Shown in pieces: positions 53,663 through 64,000 of a stretch of DNA of 64,000 bases. The DNA lies in NCBI RefSeq assembly GCF_006345805.1, contig NC_043002.1:61752001-61816000 (forward strand). Direction: 5' to 3'. Position numbers and translations under genes: made by a program. The stretch is from Octopus sinensis. Lineage: Eukaryota. Below the pieces are notes generated by a model. That model saw nothing but the letters and a program-made list of their open reading frames with translations, made no database searches and was not told where the DNA came from. Within the stretch, counting starts at the first letter, position 1, and every line of letters starts with the position of its first letter.

Positions 53663-53700
<38 letters not shown>

Positions 53701-53921
53701 TACACACACAGACATACACAAGCACTCGTTTTGAATCTCTCTTATTAACTGTGAGACTTGTATGTTATTGGCGCCCTTAGAATCTTGAAACTTTCGAGAG
53801 AACGTGAAAGAACATTCGTCATTGGTTTTGGAATTGAATCACAAAGCTCATATTTGGTTATCAATAATAACATGTAAATATTGAGTTGAAAATACCTATT
53901 TAGCGAGAAAAAAGATGAAGG

Positions 53922-53986
53922 CTGCACGTGGGACTTGAACCAGCGTCTTCGGTAGACATGACAAGAGTTCTACCATTAGGCGAAAG
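53922..53986 (-). other. tRNA-like Pol III head (not a functional tRNA)
   Basis: Minus strand cgcctaatggtaga...ggttcaagtccc gives A/B boxes; no intact cloverleaf. Confidence 0.5.
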
Positions 53987-54276
53987 TAATCATTCGAGCT
54001 CCTCTATATGTAAGTACGTATGTATGTGTGTATAAGCATAGTTCTAAAAAGACAGCACATACGGTCATTTTAAAGTAGAACAAAATTAATACTGGATGAC
54101 GTTTAATTGCTGGGTAATGAAAATATATACCACCTAATCATAATCAGATATGATATAAAATATATGAAAATATTATGTTGTAAAAATTCAGGCTAAACAT
54201 ACAACATTATCCTAAAAGGGAACACATAGAAACAGCTACGCACGCTGGAGTAAATCTCAGGTCACTATTTTATATA

Positions 54277-54460
54277 TCTATTATATAAAATCCGTTCTGT
54301 CTGTGTGTCTTCTAGGAGCTCGGGCATCCTCCATCCGATTGGGCTCAAATTCGATATGTAGATACCGACGGTATCGGGGCGTGTATAGGTCCTGGAAAAA
54401 TTACAAAATAGATTCCAGGTGAGAATGCGATCGATAAAGCCGTGGGAACATGCATTTGTA
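54277..54460 (+). mobile_element. Helitron-like 5' end fragment
   Basis: A|TCTATTATATAAAA...tctgtctgtgtgtc...catccgattgggctcaaattcg; 3' end not found. Confidence 0.5.
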
Positions 54461-54931
54461 TGGGCAAATATATATAAATATATATAATTTGTCCATCTAG
54501 ATTAAGCTCCAGCTAACCAATTTGCAAGCATCGTTTTTTGTCCTGCCTTTCTCCATCAACCTGTACATAACTGCACCTTCTAGTTTTTGTTGTTTTTGTA
54601 CTGCTGAAATGCACGTTTCTTTCCTGCCAAGCTTACTGCTTAAACCATGTTTGTGTTCTCCCAGTCAACAGCCTTATCATTACTGGTACTTCAAACTCTT
54701 CGGTTTCATATTTGCGTTAATAAAATCGTTTTTCTTTGGAATAGAAAAAAGTCTATCTTTTATCCTTCTTTTGCTGGTGTCTCAAATTTAGGTTAAATCA
54801 GTGTTTCTCAAAGGAGAGTCCTATGGGACGGTCGGACAAGTTGTTTTGAGAAAATGTGGTTTAAATGTTTGACAACTGAGCACTGTCCATAGGACGGGGG
54901 GCGTTTTGCTCGTATATCTTTATATGTATAT

Positions 54932-54982
<51 letters not shown>

Positions 54983-55604
54983 GTTAGACGATTCATCAGA
55001 CTCTATATACACCAGCACATAAGACGTTAGAAATAGCTAGGTACAATAATATAGGGCTCACAGTGAGGTAAATATATATGTATGTATATATAATAAAACA
55101 GAGGGATTGATGCTATGATGTATGTAAAAATGATTCATTAAGAAACGCCATTGTGGCGTAACATCTTAAAGGCAGGTAATGTATAGAAATGCAATATCCA
55201 TACTATTATGATATACATTATTGAATCCCTCAAATTTTCAGGTTATACCAAAAGTTAAATAAATAAATAATGATATGCCACATTGTTGAGTTAGATTGCC
55301 AGTTAGAACGCGGAATTCCAAACGCCATCCAATTTCCCTTCATTGATACCTTCTTCACCGATTTAATTGCTTTAGCTGCCATAATTCCATTTTTTCTCCT
55401 CTTTTATATGGCTACATCTAGAATATTACTGCATTATATGGCCTTCCATACAACGCAAAATATTACGGTAATTGAAACTGGCATGAAAGCAATCAATCAA
55501 ATATAAAGTTATCAATGATCATGATTATTGGAACCGTTTTAAGTCATTGAATCATTATTTTATCTTTGTGAGCGTTACATCCTTTGTACAAAGCTAAGAA
55601 TATG

Positions 55605-56000
55605 ACATCAGCATTGCCCAGCTAACCCAAATATGAAATTTAGATTTCATCCAAAGCTGGAACCCCCATGCCATACCACGGGTACACATTTGAAGCTCAC
55701 AACATATAAATATACTGCGGCACATGTTATTTTCCTCAACTAGCATGGCTCTGTTTAACGTTGTCCCAGAAGAAATCAAAGACATACATCACCTTTGAAA
55801 GATATCTGAACTAATTTCGATTAGGTATATGAAATGAAACCAGCCACCTACCCTGGGATTTATCCCTGCAGAAATTTCCTACTTGAATGGGTCGTGATAC
55901 CATAAACATTTACCTGAAAATAGCTAAACAGATTCTATCATGTCAAGGTATTAAATTAGAGATGGCTAGGGCCAAATTTCGATTGAAACACATCTAAGTT
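55605..56000 (+). mobile_element. decayed CR1-like LINE 3' fragment
   Basis: Peptide relics FRFHPKL... and ALFNVVPEEIKD. Tail gatggctagggccaaatttcgattgaaacacatctaagtt is homologous to the inverted tail at 51057-51135. Confidence 0.55.
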
Positions 56001-56640
56001 TAATATATCTCAATTTATGTGTTAAGCTAAATGCACGGAAGTTCTAAGAAAGGTTCTTATCGGTTGCATTTCAAATAGTCATTCATGCACTTCATTAAAC
56101 CGAATATCCAGTTCAACAAAGACATCGTATTTTCTTCAGTTACTGAAGATCAGCATTTCCTACTCATGATTGAAACCATGTTGCGTTCATTCAAAACTCT
56201 CCCTACGATTACTTGACTAGTCATATAACTGTCCATTGCCACTTCAAATCATTGTTAAATAATTGAAAAAGTAAACATATTTCTCAGAACCAAGTTACAC
56301 CAGGTTTATATTAATAACTGTAAACAATAGGTCGAGGCATTTAGATAAAAGACAATGTGTCGGAAAATGTGTAAAGTCCAACAATTAAAATCAACAAATG
56401 AATTTGTAAAAATTAGTGATAGTGCCACAGGGAAATATTTAATTAATATTTGGTGTTCTGATAATTAACAGTATTGTACTCGATACTATTTTTGGTGTAT
56501 CAAAATTGAAGTCTTTTCTCCCTTGTTGTTTTGGATTATATTTTAAGTAAACAGGCGAATCCTGAAAGACTTTCATGCTATAACCTATGCATACACATAC
56601 ACACACACATATATACATATATGTATATATAGGTATATAT

Positions 56641-56704
<64 letters not shown>

Positions 56705-58786
56705 GCGTACATACATACACATATATATATGTATGTATATATATATATTTATTGAAAGATAGACAGACATACACACATATATATATATATATATATACGC
56801 ACATGCATGTGAATAGAAGCTATCTCAAACGATGTGTATACAATTTAAGGGCAGATAACTGACGTAGTTACCATTGAATTTTAAAGCAAATAAAATGAAG
56901 GGAAGAGAACTAAGCATTCTTCGCAGGAAATATTTCCAAAGTATTATTGGAAATTTGAAGACTTCGTCGAAAAGCAGCGAGAAATTTGGTGGGACGTTCA
57001 AGAAGTTCCATCAACGAGACTTGCAATCACTCGGACTAGAGGATGTCCGCAATAAACCTCCATGAATATCGCGAAGGTGTACGTGTGCTACAGAGCAAGA
57101 AAGAGAATAAGAAATATATTAGCAGATTGCTAGAAAAATCTATGTGCCGAGCGAGTAGTGATATAGGAAATTGAAAATTAAGCGTCTAACTTTTGAAATA
57201 CTGTCGTTTGAAACAGTTACTTTCAGTAATAGACCAAGCCGTCACTGAAGATGATCCGGACCAAAATGTGATGTACTAGTGGTACTTGACAAAATGTGTA
57301 GAAGACGTACACGCTTCAATAAAGATTCTTTCGCAATGATAAAACTACAACTAAATTCAATGGTTCGATTAACCGTAAGCGTTTTATATACTGCAAACCG
57401 GACAAAATCGCATATTACAAAGGAATATCACATTGATTTACCAGGCGCTACACTTTGCTGCATCTTGTCATGAAAACGATTAATGAAACCATTCTTTATT
57501 ATGATATTGCCTCTGGTTCCCTTTATTTGAACTTGCTACGAGAAATGTTGGGCTTATTTTTCGCAAGATAGGGCATCCCAGCACTACCATAGAAATGTAA
57601 GAGATTATGATGCTAAGAGTTTGCCAAACATATTTATGGGACGAACTTTCAATGGAAACACATATATGTTTAGGTGTATACCTCTCTCTCTCTCGCCTTC
57701 TCTCTCTTTCTCTTTCTTTCTTTCTCTTTCTCTCTCTCTCTCTCTCTGATTCTGAATAGGTATATATGAAGTTACAAATAATATTTTGTAGAGCTTAAGC
57801 CTTTGGATAGAATGAAATTCGATGTAGTTAACAAGTCTTCTATTAAATTAAATTCAAATATAAATTTTGCCATCGTATTGTAAAGCCGTGAACCGCTTAG
57901 CAAACAGAGATACAGGAGATAAATCATAATATTCTTTGGATTTTGCAGTGTCATTCAATGCTTTGTCACATTTTGTTACGCGTCATACTTCTATAATGAT
58001 GTAACCCGAAACAAGTTTGTTTCCAAGAAAATACTCCGTTCATAGAATATAGCTTTGTTTCCTGTGAAGGAATATACAAAAGTTGAAATTTGCATGGAAA
58101 AGCCAGTGTGGCAGTAGAAATTGTACCCGCTCTGATTTTCTTTAATTCGTGGTTACTCGTCTCCTTATATGGATGTTTTCAACTATTTACAGTAAGTATT
58201 AGAAGCTTCTCTACGCGTAGCGTTTATGTTAAAACTTATAAATAATTTTATAGCGCTCAAACCGATTTCGAATTATTTCTATAATAAATTTTGTCTATTC
58301 AGCTGGTATGTATAAGGCAAACGGCCTGTATATATTAATGAGATGTGAGAATATGCGAAAATTTTGTTTCAAATAAATTTCTTATCTTTGAACTATCGGT
58401 AACATTTCGTAGAACAAAAAAGGGTTTAAACACGATTCCCTTGTAACTATAATTGTGATAGAGTATAACTATTTTTGACACAAGTATTTGATCACAAGTA
58501 TTTATATGCTGGACTATTCAGAATACTTTAAAGATAGATAGATAATAAGTAGATGGATAGATACAGAGGGAGACTACTGGACGGGCGGTAGCATATTGTT
58601 GCGTAAATAAATTCATATATTATATGTTTTTCCATGGGAGAATTTATTTCACTCACTTTCTATAAAACAAAAGTACTAGGATACTCTATCGTGCGAAAGA
58701 TAAGCCCAACATTTCTCGTAGCATGTTCAAATAAATGGAACCAGAGACAATATCATAAAAAAGAATGGTCTAATTAATCCTTTTCA

Positions 58787-58843
<57 letters not shown>

Positions 58844-58904
58844 ATATATATGTAGGTCCCGGGTTGATTCGGGGTTAACCACAGTAATATATATATAATA
58901 TATA

Positions 58905-58966
<62 letters not shown>

Positions 58967-59524
58967 CATATATACAAAGAAAAACAATTGAATACTGATA
59001 GTTGGAATCGCAGTATTTGGAAGGAAATTTAGATGCGAGATTCTTTTCCTTCTTGAGAAGAAACAAGTAATGTATCAATATCTTTGTTTTGAAATACCTC
59101 ATATTATGAGACTTTCACAAACGTTTGCTAAGCATGGAAGTCAAGATGCTATTCGAAAACTTTAAACCACAAAATGAAACGTAAATAGTATCCAACTTTC
59201 TGTAATGTTGCATCGGGACCAGCTTGGCATTTGTGCCGAAATTTTTACTTTTGGAAAGTAAATAAGATGTTTCTAGGAAACATCACCATGGAAGTATGAC
59301 GAACAAAATAGTGCAAAACCATTCAACGAAACAGCGAATTGCAAGTAATAGCATGAGTCTCCACTTTTTTTTGATTTCTAACTCGTTCACAGTTCTAAAA
59401 TATTTAAGGTAAAGATTAATAGTTTTACCTTAGGTGTTTCTTGTCTTATAATCAAGTATAACTTTCTTGTTAACTAAATCGATTTTCAGTGCATCTATTG
59501 GGTTATGTTAGATAATGTTCCCCT

Positions 59525-59768
59525 TTACTCTTTTACTCTTTTACTTGTTTCAGTCATTTGAGTACGGCCATGCTGTAGCACCGCCTTTAGTCGAGCAATT
59601 CGACACCAGGACTTATTTTTTGTAAGCCTAGTACTTATTCTGTCGGATGTTTTGCCGAACAGCTAAGTTGCGGGGTAGTGACCACACCAGCATCATTTGT
59701 CAAACGATGTTTTGGGGACAAACACAGACACAAAGACATATACACACATACAAACATACATACATACA

Positions 59769-59803
<35 letters not shown>

Positions 59804-60091
59804 CACGTGATCACGTGACCGACCAGACCTTCAGATGTTGTTACACATCGCTGGTCACAATGCGTTCGCATTGTTTTAACCTTTGAATGACGCCACCCCG
59901 CTGGCTAAGCGAGCAGGCTAACAGACGAAAGAGTGGGAGAAACAGTGGTGACAGAGTACAGCAAGGATCACCACCCCCTGCCGGAGCCTCGTGGAGCTTT
60001 TTAGGTGTTTTCGCTCAATAAACACACACAACGCCCGGTCTGGGAATCGAAACCGCGAGTCCGCTACCCTAACCACTGGGCCATTGCGCCT

Positions 60092-60168
<77 letters not shown>

Positions 60169-60332
60169 CGACGGGCTTCTTTCAGACTCCGTCTACCAAA
60201 TCCACTCACAAGGTTTTGGTCGGCCCGAGGCTATAGTAGGAGACACTTGCCCAAGGTGCCTCGCAGTGGAACTGAACCTGGAAACATGTTGTTGGTAAGC
60301 AAGCTACTTACCACACAGCCACTCCTGCGCCT
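59525..60332 (-). mobile_element. SINE family B with a nested family C SINE (59803-60092, tail type 2)
   Basis: B head at 60332 and B tail at 59525. The C element is inserted in B's central microsatellite; its tail also occurs alone at 16240-16362. Confidence 0.85.
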
Positions 60333-60534
60333 TTTTTGGGACCCCAGCATTTACACAAATACTTGCCTGGTATATTGTCTGGTCAGAAACTAAATGATGA
60401 AAGTAAAACGATTACAGTGAGGAAAATACATACTATCAGAAACACACAAAAAATACCATTATATTAAGTTAAGCGTTTATTATTTGGTATCAAAATTTTC
60501 GTGAACCCAATTGGGAATCGGTCATTGATATCTG

Positions 60535-60745
60535 AGTGAATGCTGGAAAGTTCCTAGTTTTGGGAAAAAGTAAATACAGGAGAATCAGTTAATTATGGAT
60601 TTAGTCTCCTCTCTAATTCACACATTTATCGCAGCCGTTTTCAGTTGTTCGAAGCCTTGTATAAAAACTCGGAAGTTTCGACATCCAATCAGATCTTTCG
60701 AAATACCTTTAAAGCCAAGAAATTCACGGCAATCATTCGTACAAC
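60535..60745. mobile_element. mariner-derived MITE (degenerate)
   Basis: gagtgaatgctggaaagttcctag...; internal homology to 7698 and 23657. Confidence 0.6.
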
Positions 60746-61510
60746 TGGCTTAAAGCAATGATAGTTGGTGAGTCTGTCCAAACTTCAGTGTTACCAAATA
60801 ACATTTTCATTTACATAGGTTACTTTTAATCAAATAAATCGGCGAAATATATGGTTTAACAGAAGACAGACTTGTTTGGCTTCGATATGCAATAAATTTT
60901 GTATAAATATTTAAATAGGCTTCAACTTCACAAAGCAACAAATATAGTCACAATGCAACAGATATAAACATAATGCAGCAGATATAGAGAGATACAGCCA
61001 GCCGAAATAGTGAAATTGTGAGGCTTCTCGTTGGAGTCTTTAGATGAATTGCCATGTTTGTAAACGACAAGTGTAAGGGGAAAATGCAAGGGACACACAG
61101 TATTATTTTCCATTCCATAAAACACAACTTTCAAGGAACATTCAGTTTTGAATAAATTACTCGTACGTTACCGAAAACATGTTTACATCTTTAAATTGAA
61201 AATCTCTGGAGGGAGTCCGGCCTCACAAAACCCGGATCTTTTCCTTTTCAGCGGCAGTTTTCAACACAATTTCTAGTTAACTAAACACTTTTAAACTTCG
61301 TATACTGGTAGAATGTGTCAAAATAAAACATTTTTTTCTCTTGGCTTTCTTGAGAAAATTGTAATTTGTAAGTTTAACGTAGTTTAATTTTTCGAATTTT
61401 AACCAATCCTATGCTCTCTATTTAGCTAAAATCATTTGCTGCGTCTAAAACAGACAACATCCTGTCACTAACCCCTGCGCAAATATAATGGGATAGTGAT
61501 CCACTAACAA

Positions 61511-61543
<33 letters not shown>

Positions 61544-61619
61544 GAGACAGAGAGAGAGAGAAAGAGAGAGAGAGAGAAGACTGAAACAGATAGATAGACA
61601 GAGACAGAAAGTGAGAGTG

Positions 61620-61674
<55 letters not shown>

Positions 61675-61891
61675 CAGAGAGAGAGAGGGGAATGTAATTC
61701 ATTAATAAACATGATTTTTCAAATTATTACCGCCTCTAACCCTCACGAAACTTCACTATGCACTTAAATCTTATACGTATATAAATGAACCTGCATGTAC
61801 ATATATATATATATATACATACATACATACATATATACATATATATATATATAATATATATCATATTTATTATATATATACGTATATATAT

Positions 61892-61966
<75 letters not shown>

Positions 61967-62234
61967 GATTATGTGTATATATGTATTCATATATATTTTA
62001 GTAGGTGCAAAATGTTTTCCTCAGTAAACGTGTTTACTTTTGTGTACATCATTATTTAGAATCAGGCTTATTAATGCAATGTTTGTTTGTTAATTAATAT
62101 CATATGCAAACCGGATCATATGCATATTATCGATTTAACACGACTGTAGTAGATAATTGGACACATGCAGAAATGTTTTGAATAGTAATTGCAGTGCAAA
62201 TCGTAATATGTATGCAATATCTAATGCTGAAAAC

Positions 62235-62445
62235 AAAGCGAACTGGCAGAAACGTTAGCACGACGGGCGAAACGCTTAGTGTTATTCCGTTTGTCTTTAC
62301 ATTCGGAGTTCAAATTCTGCCGAGGTGGACTTTGACTATCATCCATTCGTGGTCGGTAAATTACGTACCAGTTGCGTATTGGATTCGATCTAATCGACTG
62401 GCCCCCTCCCACAAAATATTTAGCCTTGTGCTTAGAGTAAAAAAG
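62235..62445 (+). mobile_element. SINE family A
   Basis: gcgaactggcagaaacgttagcacgacgggcgaa...ggagttcaaattctgccgagg. Confidence 0.85.
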
Positions 62446-62719
62446 AGCATATTTTTTCCATTATTTTAGAGTAAAATTGAAAAGAATATGCCGTACTAAA
62501 TCTGAGTATTGGTAGAGCTGCTAGTGTATCGGACGAGATAATCTAATGTATGTCTTTTGACTTGTGTTCAAATTCCGTTTCAATATGGCATGCTAGAACC
62601 AATCACCCAATGAGGAGTTTCACCTGTCCAACCCATATTTCTTCAGTGTTGACTGATGGAACTAATATCGGTATAGGCGAAAAAGACTCATAGCTTTATA
62701 AGGACATAAAAAAATTATT

Positions 62720-62870
62720 TACAGTATTTACTGTTTGTTGTTAACACAACGTTTCGGCTGATATGCCCTCCAGCCTTCATCCAAAGCGTTGTGTTAACAA
62801 CAGACAAGTTGAGGACAAATAAGCGTCAAATGTAAATAACGTACATGATTCCTCATCTCTTAAATATCAC
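62720..62870. mobile_element. family H1 fold-back fragment
   Basis: Minus-strand GATGA-a-GGCTG...CAGCC-GAAAC-GTT|GTGTT (62743-62781) is directly fused to a plus-strand cgttgtgttaacaac...gaggacaaat 3' end. Confidence 0.7.
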
Positions 62871-63124
62871 ATAAATAATAAATTTTATTTTTCATGAGAA
62901 ATAAAATGAACAATTTCTATGCTGCTATCAGTTAATTTATGATTCATATTGAACATATCAACATTCTTCAGGCTGAGAATATCAGCAATTGTTCATGTTG
63001 TCGAGAAATACTTCTTTGGATGAAATCTAACTGAAGAGGTTAACGTCACTAAATCTAGCGTAAAGTACTTACACATTGCTTCTATTTGCAGAAAAGAATT
63101 GCTTTACTTTTTCATATTCATTAT

Positions 63125-63530
63125 TCTTTTACTCTTTTAATTGTTACAGTCATGTGACTTTGGCCATGCTGGAGCACCGCCTTTATTCGAGCAAATCGAC
63201 CCCAGGTCTTATTCTTCGTAAGCCTAGTACTTAGTCTATCTGTCTCTTTCGCCGAACCGCTAAGTTACGGGGACGTAAACACACCAGCATCGGGTGTCAA
63301 GAGATGTTGGTGGGATCAAACACAGACATACAAATATATACGCGCACACACATATATACATATATACGATGGGCTTCTTTCAGTTCCCGTCTACCAAATC
63401 CACTCACAAGACTTTGGTCGGCCAGAGGCTATAGTAGAAGTCACTTGCCCAACGTGCCACGCAGTGGGACTGAACCCGGAATTATGTGGTTTTTAAGCAA
63501 GCTACGTATCACGCAGCCACTCCTACACCA
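63125..63530 (-). mobile_element. SINE family B
   Basis: Near-complete copy. Confidence 0.9.
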
Positions 63531-64000
63531 TTAGGAACAGAGGAATCCAAAATGTAGTACTCACAACTCTTTCATGTCATATACTTTTATTGCTTGTAAT
63601 TTGAGACAATGGTCAATTTCGTCCGTGAAATGCAAAGTATGAAATAACCGTAAGAACATATTTTCTTCGTGGGGTTATCTGAAGATTACTTAAGTCTAAA
63701 CAACAACATTGTAGGATTTCATTTCGTTTCCTTGTACGATCGTAACCCGACCATCGGGTTACTGGGTACGGTTAGATAAGCACACAATATGGCGGTGGAT
63801 TTTGTAGCTGACGTTATTGCTGATGATGTTCCCATTATTAATATTACTGCGGCGTTTGTTGTTGTTGCTGATGAATATGTTGCTATTGATGACGATGTAG
63901 TTGCCGATGTTGTGTTGTTGTTGTTGGCATTACCGTTTTGGTTTCTCATTCTTTGATATAGATATAATGGATTATTTTAAACATAATCTGCTTCGTTACT

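Overview
AT-rich eukaryotic DNA dominated by microsatellites and transposon debris. The repeat set (tRNA-derived SINEs, (TA)n/(TACA)n/(AAT)n arrays) fits a cephalopod (Octopus-like) genome, which is an inference. Almost all ORFs in the supplied track are microsatellite translations. The one credible host gene is a single-exon, divergent class A GPCR (40651-41540, minus strand) split by a 1-nt frameshift. Mobile DNA includes four tRNA-headed SINE families, R4/Dong-type LINE fragments inside (AAT)n, CR1-like LINE 3' ends, non-autonomous Helitrons, a DD37D (maT) Tc1/mariner remnant and mariner MITEs. The most notable signal is a dense set of sequence-unrelated short elements carrying minimal type I hammerhead ribozyme (HHR) motifs. 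They occur as long fold-back palindromes, as tandem ~360-485 nt units, or behind a tRNA-like Pol III head, and mostly sit in (TA)n tracts. This looks like a diverse Penelope-like/retrozyme-like non-autonomous system. All folds and alignments were done by eye, and coordinates are approximate to a few bases.
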